A stretch of DNA of 64,000 bases. Source: the human T2T-CHM13v2.0 reference genome, Homo sapiens. The translations under genes and the position numbers were made by a program. Shown here one piece after another: positions 40,788-57,631 of the stretch (position 1 is its first letter; the number at the start of each line of letters is the position of its first letter). The DNA lies in NCBI RefSeq assembly GCF_009914755.1, contig NC_060941.1; one strand, 5' to 3'. Below the pieces are notes generated by a model that ran no database searches, was not told where the DNA came from, and saw nothing but the letters and a program-made list of their open reading frames with translations.

Positions 40788-41179
40788 AAGATTTTCTAAT
40801 ATTGCATCCTCTTCCTCCTTTCATAGTCTCTGTGCCATAACCACACAGTTGGTTTTCTTGGTGCCTGCCCTACAGTTTTCCTCTTATTTCTATTAACTAG
40901 CATCAATTTCTCTTCACCTCCCCTCTATTAACATATGTTCCTATTATACCTTTAACAGTTTAAAATCTATCCTGATACAATAAAATGTTCCATAATCATA
41001 CACTACAGAAATACTGTATCTTCTGAATATCTGTAAGTTTCTCTAAAATTATATTTATTTATGTGAATATCTAAGAATGCAGAGATGGCTAATTGCTTAA
41101 TTAATTTACATTGTTCTCCTTCTTCCTTATTAAAATCTACAATATGCTTCCATAAAATATATTTTTTGCTTCCCATATA

Positions 41180-41580
41180 ACTAATTTCTGACATATAAGA
41201 TTTATGTAGACATTATTGGGTGGGACTTCTAGGAATGCACCCTAAGAAGTGAATTGTTACAGTTGGTCAATTGCTTCTCGGGGTTTTGGCTAAGATCACG
41301 TGTAGTATCAGCTGGTGTGAGCCTTTCGTTCTTTGTCTTCCTGAAATACCAATTCAGTGCTTCATGTGAGTCATCTCACTTGCGACCAGGACGTGATAAG
41401 CACATGTTAAGTAAGGATGACTGAGAGGTAAAACAGGAGGAGCCTTGGTCCCAGTTGACATTGTGGAATTGTTCTGGACTCCCTAACAGCTTACCTTCGG
41501 AACTTTTTATAAAAATAAATAAATAAAATTCTCTTCTATTTTTAAGATACTGTGGGGTTGCCTTTGTTTTTTTTCCCAGT
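41180..41580 (+). mobile_element. LTR33-like ERVL LTR, host of the U2 fragment
   Basis: 'gggtgggacttctaggaa...cagctgg...cttgcgacca...taaggatgactgag...ggagccttggtccc'. Confidence 0.6.
41270..41309 (+). pseudogene. U2 snRNA 5' fragment (nt 1-40), tailless retropseudogene
   Basis: ATTGCTTCTCGGGGTTTTGGCTAAGATCACGTGTAGTATC vs U2 ATCGCTTCTCGGCCTTTTGGCTAAGATCAAGTGTAGTATC (36/40); degenerate TSD CAGTTGGT/CAGCTGGT. Confidence 0.9.
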
Positions 41581-41595
41581 GGAGGATAACTTTTA

Positions 41596-42040
41596 TAGTT
41601 GATCCTTGAGCAACACAAAAGTGAGGGGTTCAAACCCACAGCACAGTTAAAAATCCACATATAACTTTTGACTTCCACAAAACTTAATTATGAATAGCCT
41701 GCTGTTGACTGGAAGCCTTATCAATAACTTAAAACAGTCCATGAACACACATTTTGTATATGTATCATGTACTGTATTTTTACAATGAAGTAAACCAGAG
41801 AAAAGACAATGTTATTAAGAAAATAATGAGATAACATATTTAAAATATATATAAATATACCTAAATTGAAATGAATCGTCATAAAAGTCTTCATCCTCGT
41901 CATCTTTACATTGAGTTGGCTCAGAAGGAGGAGAAAGAGGACGTGTTTGTTTTACTGTTGCAAGGGTGGCAGAGGCAAAAGAAAATCAGCATATAAGTGG
42001 GCCCATGCAGTTTAAACCTGCGGTGTTCAAGGGTCAATTG
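41596..42040 (-). mobile_element. Tigger2a non-autonomous DNA transposon
   Basis: TIRs 'tagttgatccttgagcaac' and 'gtgttcaagggtcaattg'; ~445 bp. Confidence 0.88.
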
Positions 42041-42286
42041 CACTCATATATTTACTTGTTCCTTAAATTATAAAATAGTCTAGCCTGAGTTTTCTGGGAT
42101 TCATTTATGGGGTTCACCCAGTGCTTTTTAAGAGCTCAGTAACTCTTCCTTTGACAGATGAAATTAGAAATATGTATGGGCATTTAAAAATGTTTGTATA
42201 AGAACATTCTAGCATTTATGGCATGTCAAATATGAGATATTTATGTTTCATTATTTAAATCGTGAGTGTACCCACTGTAGACATTG

Positions 42287-42434
42287 ATATATATATATAA
42301 TATATATAATATATATAATATAATATATATAATATAATATATATATAATATATATAATGTAATATATATGATATAATATAATATAATATATATAATTAAT
42401 ATATATAATATAATATAATATAAATAATATATAT
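42287..42434. repeat. ~150-bp interrupted (TA)n / AT-only tract
   Basis: Only two G residues in the tract. Confidence 0.95.
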
Positions 42435-42444
42435 TTTTTTGCTC

Positions 42445-42985
42445 AGCTTGGCTCTCTAGAATTACCCTCTGCCTCCTCATCAACATCTTACAGCAGACTC
42501 AGTCATTTTCCGATCCAACCCAATCCTCTGAGCACACCTGAGTGACTCGAGCGTGAACCTCTATTCCAAACTAGCCCAGTCAGGTTTCTTCCTCAGGCAT
42601 TTTAGAGCTGGAATTGAGAAAGAAAATCCTAGACCCCTTTGGATGACTGGATATAAAGCCCCAAAACAATTAAAGGGTAAATTTGATGCTAAGTGAGCTA
42701 GAAATTTGGGGAAGGAATCTTTGTAAAGAGGCCTATGAAGCAGATGAAAGAAAGGAAAAGGAGGTAGTCCTCACATCATGGGAATGCCAGTTTCCAGTTA
42801 TGCCTTTCACCTAAAAGCTTCTGTGCATTTAGATTCCACAAAACATACTACTATTTTTACAATGTCTTCCTGTGTCTATATAATTTTAATTTAAGCTTTT
42901 TGGCTTTTGTGATCCAAAACAGCCTAACTAGAATGGAAATTGTAACCAAAAGCAGAGTGCTATGAATGATAGACCAAAAACATAC
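42445..42985 (+). mobile_element. Old MLT1-type LTR plus start of the internal region
   Basis: Ends 'ccaaaacagcctaactagaatg' followed by MaLR-int-like 'gaaattgtaaccaaaagcagagtgct'. Confidence 0.5.
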
Positions 42986-43010
42986 AATTTGTCAATTCAA
43001 GACATGATAC

Positions 43011-45857
<2,847 letters not shown>

Positions 45858-45858
<1 letters not shown>

Positions 45859-46012
45859 CCCACCACCACGCCCAGCTAATTTTTGTATTTTTAGTAGAGA
45901 TGGGGTTTCACCATGTTAATCAGGCTGGTCTTGAACTCCTTATCTCAGGTGATCCACCAGCCTCGGCATCCCAAAATGCTGGGATTACAGGCTTGAGCCA
46001 CTGTGCCTGGAC
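45858..46012 (-). mobile_element. AluS left-arm remnant
   Basis: Only the left arm and linker remain, directly abutting ERV internal sequence. Confidence 0.9.
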
Positions 46013-46049
46013 TGATTTTAGAATTGTCATCAATTTTTATGGACTAGAT

Positions 46050-46274
46050 TAGGGGTCTGCACACTATAGCTCTCCTCATGGGCAAAATCCAACCCACTGC
46101 CTGTTATTGTGAATCAAGCTTATTGGGAACATTGTCTAATTTATTTACTTAAGTATTGTCTGTAACTTTTTCCACATTGCAGGGCAGAGTTGAGTAGCTG
46201 CTACAGAGACCCCTTGGCTAGCAAAACCCTGAATAATTACTATCTCTCTCTCAGAAACACTTTGCCAACCTCTG
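46050..46274. mobile_element. MER58A
   Basis: Complete ~225-bp element; 8-bp TSD GACTAGAT/GACTAGAC. Confidence 0.88.
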
Positions 46275-46747
46275 GACTAGACTGAGTAAAGCAAGCAGAA
46301 AGATCCAATTTTAAAAAGAGGTGAGGAAAATGGGACAACTTGGCTATGGAGAGAGCAAGAAGAATGCAACTGATGTGCACAAAGTTTGAAGACAAAGTTA
46401 CTCAGGTATTGAAAACTTGGTCCCATTTGCTCATTAGTCTGAACACACATCTGCCCTTATGTTCAATGAGAACACATGAATAACTTAAATAAATTTCCTT
46501 TATGTGCTTAAGCTAGTTTGAAATGGATTTCTGTGCCAAGAATTCTCACTTAGTGCCAACCCAATGAGCACAGAATTGGAATGTCTGATTCAGGTTATGA
46601 CTGGAATACTGATTGCTTCTATAAGATAAACTTCCTTGAGATCCTCAACTATGAAGTTGTTCTAATAATAACATCTGTTTTTATCATCTTGTTTTTGTGA
46701 TGGTCAAAGGAGTTTACCAATTTTAAACCATTAAACATGTACAAACT

Positions 46748-47000
46748 GTAGTGTAGTGATTCATCTACAGACACAGTGGAGGTAGATTCATCTACCTCCA
46801 CGTTCTGGAGGGTAGTCTGAATTTTTGCTCTATCACTTCTTAGCTGTCTGACTTTAAATAAATTGCTTAACTTCCCTAAGATGCAGTCCCTTTTTGTGAA
46901 ATATAGTTAATAAGGATCTTGTGAGGAATAGGGAACAACAAATGTAAAGTATATAGTGCCATAAAAAAGGACTTACTAATTATTAGCTGCAATTGTTATC
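46748..47000 (+). mobile_element. MIR with an internal palindromic insertion
   Basis: 'gctctatcacttcttagctgtctgactttaaataaattgcttaacttccctaag'. Confidence 0.7.
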
Positions 47001-48033
47001 ATCCTTAGAGATACTGATTGAACAGAGATAAAGATAATACCTTTTCTCACTATGAAAAAAAGCAGGTTAAAAACATTAGTGGTTCCTGCATAAAAAGAAC
47101 AATGATTCAACTATTATCCTCATTTTAATATGACCTAGCAGCCTGTGGTCCAAAGTAGGTAGGTTACCTGTCTCTATGCATAGTGAGTACTGGCCTGGTA
47201 TAAAAACATCTTTCAGTAAAACATTGTGAAATAAAATACTTTTGCTATGGTACATACATTGCATTTTTGAAACACATGTGAATTTGCTGTCGTATTAATT
47301 AAGTTGATCCTCTACTTTTTCTGTTTATACAATGAGTTGCTAAAAGTAAGATATGTCTGAGATAAAAAAAAAGACAGCATGAAGTTTAAGGCATGGTCCC
47401 ACTTGTTACATTATACTAAAGCATTTCAAGGTTTGTTTAAATAAATAGTCACTGGAGCTGAATATCACTTTGGCTTACTGCATTATTCCTATCTCAATAA
47501 TCTTTATGGTTCCCATACCAGGACTGTATGGATTTCATATGCAAAATAATTCATTAATGAGAAGGTGTTTTATTTTTCTTCTTTATTATGAAAAGAGACT
47601 ATCTCAAGCTACTTGCTCAGAAGGAGGTTTTAAAAACCAACTTGGAAATATTCAGTGTCATTGTATTTACTGCTAGAATTCCAATAAAATAAATATTAAT
47701 TTATGGAACCAACTTGCTGCATTTAAATTTAGAAGAGATAGCATTCAAACTAGGAGAAACAAACAATAAAACAGAATAACATAGTGATAATAAAAATATA
47801 ATGATTTACAATTGTACATGCTTAAAATTGGAAATATGCATAGTACAGGATGTGGCTTGATTTTAGAAAACCAAGGAGATTTTAGACAACAGAATTAAAC
47901 TGAGATGATGAATTTGTATTATTCTCCTTACTCTTTAAGTTTGATGGGTGGTGAAGAATATCATTATTGTCTGTTATCTGTTAGAGCCTCAGCTTAACAG
48001 ATTTTTTCATTTTTCCATTGTAACAGTTTAGAT

Positions 48034-48552
48034 CAGGGGTCCACAACCCCCAGCCATGGACCAGTACTGATTTGTGGCCTGTTAGGAACTCAGTTGCAGT
48101 AGGAGGTGAATGCCAGGTGAGTGAGGGAAGCTTCAACTTTATTTAAAGTCACTCCGCATTGCTCTTGTTACCACCTGAGCTCCACCTTCTGTCACATCAG
48201 CTGCATTAGATTCTCATAGGAATGTAAACCCTATAGTGAACTGCACTTGCAAGGGTTGCATGCACCTTTTGAGAATCTAATGCCTAATGATCTGTCACAG
48301 TCTCCCATCATCTCCAGATGGAACTGTGCAGTTGCAGGAAAACAAGCTCAGGGCTCCTGCTGATTCTACATTATGGTGAGTTGTATAATTATTTCATTAT
48401 ATATTGCAATGTAATAATAATAGAAATAAAGTGCACAATAAATGTAATGCACTCGAATTATCCCAAAACCATTACCCCCACTGCGCCCAGTCTGTGGAAA
48501 AATTGTCTTCCATGAAACCAGTCCCTGGTGCCAAAAAGTCTGGGGGCTGCTG
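48034..48552 (+). mobile_element. MER1A hAT-Charlie element
   Basis: 'caggggtccacaacccc...ggtgccaaaaagtctgggggctgctg'; TSD GTTTAGAT/ATTTAGAT. Confidence 0.92.
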
Positions 48553-48872
48553 ATTTAGATCACATTGGTTTCAAGTAATGGGGATTAAACTAAGTAAGCC
48601 AAAGGAGAGCATTTATTTTAAATATACATGAATATAATATTAACCCCAAAGAGAAGGGAAGACAAGAAAACAGCAACTGAAAAGTCTTCAGAATTTTATT
48701 CTTCAATTATATATTCCTCTGAGAATTTGTGTCATTTGTCACTGTCATTGCTATCACTGTTCTCTGAAGACTGACTGTCTTGCTATTTATTTTGTAAAAA
48801 TATGGCTTCCTAATATACTTCTTTTCATATTGAGATGAGAGGTTTTCCTGACTACCCCTCTTGCAGAACATG

Positions 48873-49612
48873 TGACAGGGATATGGTTCACCTGTTCAGC
48901 CTCCGTGTGCACTCAAACCCTTTACAAGAAGGGGAGCACAGACATGGGTAAGGTGCAGGAGCTGGGGAAAGTGCCCCAGTGCTCCTGGGTTCCAGCCCTG
49001 TGGCAGCATCCAGGAGTGGGAGCCCATGACCCCCAAAGCCCACGTGGGCATGTGTTACAGGGTGTTTTTTTAGCCTTACTTTCTGTGGACAGCTTAAGTG
49101 TTAAACAGCTCAGTGCCTTCTTGGTACCCAGGTCCTTGTCCAGCATCCAAGAAGAATTGGGTTACAAATGGACTTAAAGGATGAATGTGGTGGTTTTACT
49201 CAGTGCTGGAGGTGACTCTCAGCAGGATGGATGGGGAGATGGAAGGGGGTTGGAGTGGAAAGATGATCTTCACCTGGAGTTTGGCCATGGAGCCGCCAAT
49301 CTCCTCTCTGATCATCCCCAGCGAAACTCCTCTTGGTATTCAGCCACTCCTTCTCTTCTTTCCTTCTCTGCCATGCTGTTCTGCAATTCTTCTGAGTTTC
49401 TGTTCATCTCCTCATCTGCTTCTGGAGCCTGGGGTCTGGGGTTTATATGGGTACAGGATAGGGGGGTGTGTTGGGTCAGAAGGCAACTTTTGGATGCAAA
49501 AACAGAAATGCCTCTTCTCACTTCAGGCCACGGGTTTTCAGGCTTGAGGGTGGTGCCTTTTCTGAGGAACTGCCCTCTTTTACACAGTATTTCCTCTCTC
49601 CTGTCCGTGTCA
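48873..49612 (-). mobile_element. MER50-like ERV1 solo LTR
   Basis: TG...CA ends flanked by ACATG direct repeats; 'ggtacccaggtccttgtccagcatccaagaagaat'. Confidence 0.75.
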
Positions 49613-50274
49613 ACATGCAGACACTGAAGAGCTATAAAATCCACGTACAAATGTCTGGAAGAGAGAATATTGTTGGCCTATCTTGAGTTGGTGTCTGTTT
49701 CCTTGGGTATTCAATGAAAACTGAGTGACAAAGTATAATTCTGGCTACCAGGAGCTAGCCCTGTGAATCAGAAATCCATTAAAAGTGTTTAACAGAAACT
49801 GGGCAAACCCTTCCCTCCTCCACATCAAAAATAAATTGGAACCTTTGGCAGAAACCTAGTGTACTCATTAACTATCACCCGCACCCTGGGCACATAGAGT
49901 AAAACACTACTCCTTCCACAACAAAGAGGATTAATTTTCCCGTATTAAAAGATGTATCCTTTTCCAGCAAAGCTCTAAAGCCTACACACTCAAAGGTCAG
50001 ACACATAATGTAGTTGAGGACCTAGTTGAAGAATGCCTGATATCAATCATATGGGCAATTAGGAGGAGAAGGAGGATGGTGTATACATGGGAGCTCAAAG
50101 GGGCCTGCAGGTAGGAGATAGCCTGTCCTGAGCTCTAGCCAACTATTGCCCTCCAGGAATGCAAGCTGTGTCACCAGACCTTCCGATTTTTCTGGAGACT
50201 CCTGGATTCAGATCCTTACATTAAATTTTTCTATTTAAAAATGATAGGAAATCATTCAAATAAAAGTTATTAGG

Positions 50275-51014
<740 letters not shown>

Positions 51015-54000
51015 TAGGTAAACAATAATATGTTTGGGACCTGAATGTATCTCAGTGCCACTAGTTTTTGAACTCTGATCTACATGCTTATTAAGCAAAT
51101 GATAGAATGAATGAATGAATGAATGAATTATATTGTTTTGATAGCCTTGATTGCTTATCTCCACAGAAATGCTGACCAAATCCTCCTGAAATGTTCATAC
51201 CTTAGGGTGAACTTTTAAAGTGTAACTAAAAGTCTCAGCAGGTGCAAAGGGGTAAATTTACCTGCCAGAGTAAGTTTATCTCTTACATAAACGTGTTTTT
51301 TTCCCTAACACACCTGGCTACTCTGTGTAATTCAACATAGGTTAACCTATTGATTATAGGCCAACCAATACAAATCCATGGCCCATCGTAATGCTTACAG
51401 ACATAGGACTGTGAAAGATTATTAAAGAAAAAAAAAAAGTAAGTCCTGCTAGGGGAAACAAATGGAATAGAATTGGTGCCAAATCTTTAGCAAACTGCTC
51501 CATAGGCCATAAAGGCATGAATAGTTTCATGACTGTTCCAATAGGTGTCAGCTAAGTGCCACCTGAGCTGTTCTGACAAAGCTAAAATGGTATGTCACAG
51601 CTTCATGTTTCACCTACAAACTAGAACAGTGCTGAGAAAGCATCTAGCTACTATATAAAAGCTAAGAAATACATCTACTTTGAGTAATAGAGGACAGTTG
51701 ATATTTCAAAGGATGGCATACTTGGGATACTGTCAAATAAAATAGCTTGGGTAACTTCCTTGTAAGATTCCTACTCTTGCATAGCCAAGAGGTTGACATA
51801 TTGTAACAAAGCTTTCATTTTAATTACCAGTCAGATCTCACAGGACATTAGCATTTAACCCATGAACAACGTTGCTCTTAAAAAATGTTTCCCTTTGGGA
51901 ATACATCATTTAATTCCTAGCTGACACCTTCTCTGTACTTCATGATAAGAGAAATGGCATCGCTAGTGAGCATACTTGTACCACGTCTTGTAGGATCTGA
52001 TGCCAGCTCCCTGATACCTCACACATGTCTCAACGTGATGATCCAAATGGGTGAGGTGGCTCTGGGGAGAAGCTCTATTTAAGGAATCACCATTTTTTTT
52101 CTGTCATTTTTCTGTCTTTGAGATTAAGAAATACCCATCACACAGAAATCATATTGATACCTGTGCATGTCAATAATGTCTCCTCATTATCAGCTACCTC
52201 AACTGCACATATTTTGGTGTGACTGTCAAGTTTCTTGTATTCTTTCCCAGGCTGGCTGACTGAGTTTCTCAGTCCTCTCACCCCACTGTCTTTGGGAATG
52301 TTGCTCATATTTTCATCCTTACAATATCTTCTTTCCCTAATCCAATCAAATTTCAGTGCAACAAACATTTTGAATGGACATTCCGTAAAATTTGAGTATG
52401 GCTTTCTCTTTGCTAATTAATTGCATATCTGTCATTTAAGGTCCCACTCAAGTCTCATGTCTTCCATGAAGTCTCTTTGCATGGAGCTTGATTGTTTTCT
52501 AAGTAATGCCTCTTAATTCTCCCTCTCCACTGCTTCAGAATCCAACTGATACGTTTTCTCCTCTGGTTCTTCTGTGTTACTCATTTAGGCTACAGGGCCT
52601 GAACTACTATCCACTTCCTCCGCTAAATATTCTCTTCATTCTACCCTCACTTGATTTATTTTCTCTGATTTCTTCTCATACTTATATTTATATTTTATAA
52701 TATGCCTATTTACTTATTAACTATATCTATACCTTGGTATTTCCTTGAGAGTAGGCTATATCTCATAGCTTTTCAACCTGTACAAGGAGAAAAGAAGGTG
52801 CACAAAACATACTAAGCAATTAAACAAGGAAGAAAAGGAAAAGAGAAAAAAGAGTACGAGGAAAAAGGACACTTTTTAGAGATTCCAGAAATTGAAATAT
52901 CTCTATCATCAATACTGAGTCTCATTATTAGTCTGTCACTTCTAACTTAACGTATAAGAAAAAATGAAAATGGTGTTACTTGATTCTTAGATAAAGCCTG
53001 AGTTAAATGTGCATTAAGCCATGTTCAAATTTACTAAGGTTTTAATTTCCAAATTAATTTGACATTTTCACTATTGCATGTTTCCAATGTGCATATTATT
53101 CCATAGATTAATTCTTGCTGTCTTGTTTAAGTAGGTTGGCTTTCAGGATATCACTTGTAATACTTGGCTAGGCTATGCAATGAAATTTATGATCCTGTTT
53201 TTCTGGGTTGAGAACATTAATATTTTTATTTAATTTAGCTTCTGTCCCTAAAGAGTGCTCAGAAAATGAAGCACTTTTTAAAATTTAAGTTTATTGCACC
53301 TATATTCATCTCATTTTATGGGAATATTACAGGTCAGCAAATTACATTTTAGTTGCACTTTTCTAGTGTCATATTATTTTCAATAATCAATAATTATATT
53401 AGAAGAGATGTATAACTAATTTTTCATTTGAGGAGGTAAAGGAATGTTTCAAATGTATTGGATAAAAACTTAGTTAGGCTGACATTTGTTAAGTTCTTGG
53501 CCTGATTAAACATAGCAGCTGTCAGTTTCACATAAGGAGAAATGAACATTGAATATATTTGAAACTGCCTAGAGTGTGGCATTAATAACATTTTTCTTCT
53601 TTGTTTGCTTTTAAACGGTTTTTTGCTCAAAAAGCTGGAAAAGACAAGTGTTCTGATGACAGGTTTGTAAAGGGTTGCTAATTGTGTGGTTGATAACAGT
53701 GTGGCATTTTTTTTTTTTTTACATTAGAGCCTTAGAGTCTCCTACTGAGATAATACCATCATTCAAGTCTTATTGATTGCCATATGTTTAAAGAGCTCAC
53801 TATAGTTCCGGATCCTGCTTTTTGAATATTATATGAAATGAAACTGGGTCCTGGGTTACACATTTCTACAAATTGGTAAATTTGTTAGTCTATTTTCCAT
53901 GCTACATTTATTATCTCTCTTACTATTTTCATTTATAGTACTTGAATTTGACATGAAGAAATACATTTATAAAATTCTATTCTGAGGATCTGGGAGTTTG

Positions 54001-54100
54001 ATTATATGCATTTGCTCCCAAAATTTCAGTAAAGTCATCCCATTACCTTTACACTAAAGTAATTCCAAAGATAAGTTAAGTATCTACTGGCTGAGAGGAG

Positions 54101-54542
54101 GGCCTTTTGGTCTGTTTGGTATTGCTATAACAGAATAACTGAGACTGACTAATTTATAAAAAAAAAAAAGAGGTTCATTTGCCTCACAGTTTTGGTGGCT
54201 AGAAAGTCTAAGAGCATGGCATTGGCATCTGCGTGGCTTCTGGTGATAGCCGTGAGCTGTGTCAAGACTTGAAGAAGAAGCAGAAAGTCAAGGGAGAGTA
54301 TGCAAAGAGACATGCAGGACAGGCTGGGATCCTTTACCACAACATGCTCTTTTGGGAACTAATGCACTCCCACAAGAGCAATAACTCACTCACTTCCAAA
54401 AGAAGACATTAATTTATTCAGGAAGGATCCATCCCCATGACCCAGCACTTCCCATTAGGCCTCACTTTCCAAGTGCACTACAACAGCAATCAAATGCCAC
54501 CATGAGTATCAGATGGGACAAACCATACTCAAATCAGTAACA
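54101..54542 (-). mobile_element. MSTB-like MaLR LTR
   Basis: 'tctgtttggtattgctataacagaataactgagactg...ccccatgacccagcacttcccattaggcc'. Confidence 0.8.
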
Positions 54543-54605
54543 AAGTCAGACTTTAACACCAGACTACCAAATAACAAGATCCAGAAATCTAATACATCCA
54601 GAAAT

Positions 54606-55162
54606 ATATTGTTGCATAACAAACGACCCTAAATCTTAGTGGCTTAAGGCAACAACATTTACTTTGTTTAAGAATCTGGGCAGTCTTGGTGGAACCTGCT
54701 TGTTTCACATACTTCACATTGACTAGGGTGGCTGAAAGCTAGAAGTTGAAATCATCTGAAAGTCACTCACTCAAATATCTGGTGCCTGGGCTGGAATAAC
54801 TCAAACATCTGGGTGTAAGAGAGTCGTGACATCTTGGATTTCTCTATATAGCTCTATGTGATCTCCCCACATGATCTCCCCACATGATTTCTCCAAGATA
54901 GTGGTTTCACGATAGCTGGATTTCTTATATGTAGTCTCAGGGCTTCCAAGGCCCGTATCTCAAGAGAGAAAGAACCAGGAAGAAAGCAGAAAGTATTGCT
55001 CTTTATTGTCTGACTTCAAAAATCACTCATTGGCACTTCTGTCTCATTCTCTTTATTTAAAAAAAGTCTCTGAAGCTTCCCATATTCAACAGAAATAAAA
55101 AATTAAACTTTACCTTTTGATGAGAGGTGTTCAAAGTATTTTAGACATACTTAAGACCACAC
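54606..55162 (-). mobile_element. MLT1 (F/G/H-like) LTR
   Basis: 'ttgcataacaaacgaccctaaatcttagtggcttaa...atcatctgaaagtcactcactc'. Confidence 0.7.
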
Positions 55163-55391
55163 AGATATCTGAATATTTTATCATTGATATGAATATAACT
55201 GAAGCAAATATAGCAAGGTATGTTATTCAAGTATTTCTGGACCCTCTACAGAAATATTTCTCAATGCTAAAACACCATTTACAATATTCATAATCGTTTC
55301 CTAAAGGTCTAACTACTTGCATTCTTACTACTTAATGTTTTATAGTCAAAAGATTTATTTTTACATGAATACAATTATTTTAACAGGGATT

Positions 55392-55849
55392 TGTGTTAGC
55401 TTATTTCCTTTGAAAAGTGGACACCAAAACAGAATTAGCTGTTTAAGAGACGTGTGGAAACTTTTTCAAGGTTAAAATGGAGGGAAACAGAGAAAGCCAA
55501 GGGAGCCTTCAGACCATGATGCAAGTCTGTCACCTGTGAAAGAGGAAGAAATGAGAAGTTAAAGGAAGAGCGTCATAGTATAACACAGTTCCAATAGAGG
55601 TTTGACCAGGTCAATCAAGTGTTGTTGAGCCAAAGTCACTGTTGTGGAAGACTCCTGTAGCTTGCAGAAATAAGCACGTATTAATACCTCAGCACACTCA
55701 GTCACTGGTTGTGAATGGCCCACTGGAAGTGTGACTTGGGTTGAACTCAGTGGTAGATCAAGCAGAGACAGCCTTGTGGGTTAATTATGCCTCTAATTAT
55801 ACTTTCCCATATTAAGAGATAAGAGTGGCACATTTATATTGTTCTTATA
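55392..55849 (-). mobile_element. LTR40-like ERVL LTR
   Basis: 'gggagccttcagaccatgatgcaagtctgtcacctgtgaaag...gagccaaagtc...cactcagtcactgg'. Confidence 0.55.
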
Positions 55850-57325
55850 GAAACATTATACAACTATAGTAAAATAAAACTACACTGCATATTAATACAG
55901 ACCTTGACCATAAAAACAAACATAATGAAATAAAATGATGGACGATTTTAAAAGTACAATTTAATAAAATTAGGATTTTACTTCCTGTAAGATTAAATAA
56001 ATGTATTACTCTGTTTCCTCTGCCAGCTGGTAATGAGACCTCCCCTAACTCATGAGACCCATGAGTAGTGTCAGTGAAGACCACATGAGAAGTCAAGATT
56101 TCCACCTTTGCCTGAAAATAACAAGGACTCCTTCCTCTCTTTCCTCACTGGGGTAGTATCAGAGTAGTTAGGAGTTTTCTGAGAGCCAGCAGTAACAAGG
56201 CTATCTCACCATGTTGTCAGTGGAGACCACATGAGAAGCTAAAACTCCCACCCCCTCCTAGCAGTAGTGATGAGCCCAAATCTCTTGGGTATCAATAGTG
56301 GCACCATGGGGAACACAGACTCCTACTTTTCCTTCTCCTACCTGGCATAATAAGACAGTGCCCTCCTTCTCCTATGATAGTAGTGTCAGAGAAAGCAGCT
56401 AAAACAGAAGATTTAAATAAAATCTAGTCTCATATTATGGTACAAAAATGTCTAGGTGGCAATAAAAATCATTTGTTATACGAAGAGCCAGGAAGGTCTC
56501 AAACTGAGTGAAAAAAGGCACTGAATAGATCCCAACACTGGAATGACAGAGATTTCAGAGTTATTTGACAAAGATTTTAAAGCAGCCATAATAAAAAATG
56601 TTTCAATAAGCAACTCCAAAAATGCTTAAAACATGCAAAATTAAAAAGCCTCAGCAAATAAATGGAAGATATTTTAAAAATTAAAAATATGTATAAATAG
56701 AACATATAAAAGCTGAAATTTAAATGCACACACACAGACAGTGGATTGGCTCAATAGTAGAATGAAAGAAACAAAGAATGAGTGAAATGAAAGTTAAAAT
56801 AACAGAAATTACTCAATATATATGGGCAACATGGAAAAAATAGAATAATGGAGAAAAAAAAGAACAGCATCAGGGGCCTGGAGGACTAGAACCAAAGATT
56901 GTACACTCATGACATCAGAGTCTGAGAAGGGGAAGAGAAAGAAAATGGGGTTAAAAATTATCCAAATAAATAATGCCTAAAAACATTCCAAATTTGGAGA
57001 ATACAAAAATTTACAGATTCAAGAAGCTCAACAAACCTCAAACAAGGTAAACCAAAATTAGCTCATGTCAACCAATTACACTTAAAATTTTGAAAAATAA
57101 AACTGAAGGCAGTGAGGGAGACACAGCACACTACCTAATTTGGAGAAACCGTTTGAGTAAAAGCAAAGTTCTCATCAGGAACCATGCAGGCCAGAAGGAA
57201 ATGGCACAGAGCTCAAAAAGTGCTGAAAGAAAGAATACTCAACCCCAAATTCTAAATCTGGAAAGACCATTTTTGAGAAATGAAGGAAAAATGAAAACGT
57301 TCTTAGATAAAGAAAAACCATCAGT

Positions 57326-57631
57326 ATTTTATTTTATTTATTTAGTTTTTTGGAGACAGAGTCTCGCTCTGTCACTCAGGCTGGAGTGCAGTGGTGTGAT
57401 CTCAGCTCACTGCAACCTCTGCCTCCCAGGTTCAAGAGATTCTCCTGCCTCAGCCTCCAAGTAGCTGGGACTACAGGCACGTGCCACCACGCTCAGCTAA
57501 TTGTTGTATTTTTAGTAGAGACAGGGTTTCACCATATTGGCTAGGCTGGTCTCGAATTCCTGACCTCATGATCCACCCGCCTTGGCTTCCCAAAGTGCTG
57601 GGATGACAGGCATGAGCCACCGTGCCCGGCC
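57326..57631 (-). mobile_element. AluS (Sg/Sc-like)
   Basis: Antisense dimer; degenerate TSD ccatcagta/ccacgagta. Confidence 0.95.

Noticed and set aside
42241-42486. Ile/Tyr-rich 81-aa 'membrane' ORF
   Set aside because: Translation of the (TA)n tract
49181-49650. 148-, 120- and 112-aa overlapping ORFs
   Set aside because: Lie almost entirely within a MER50-like LTR; no domain signal
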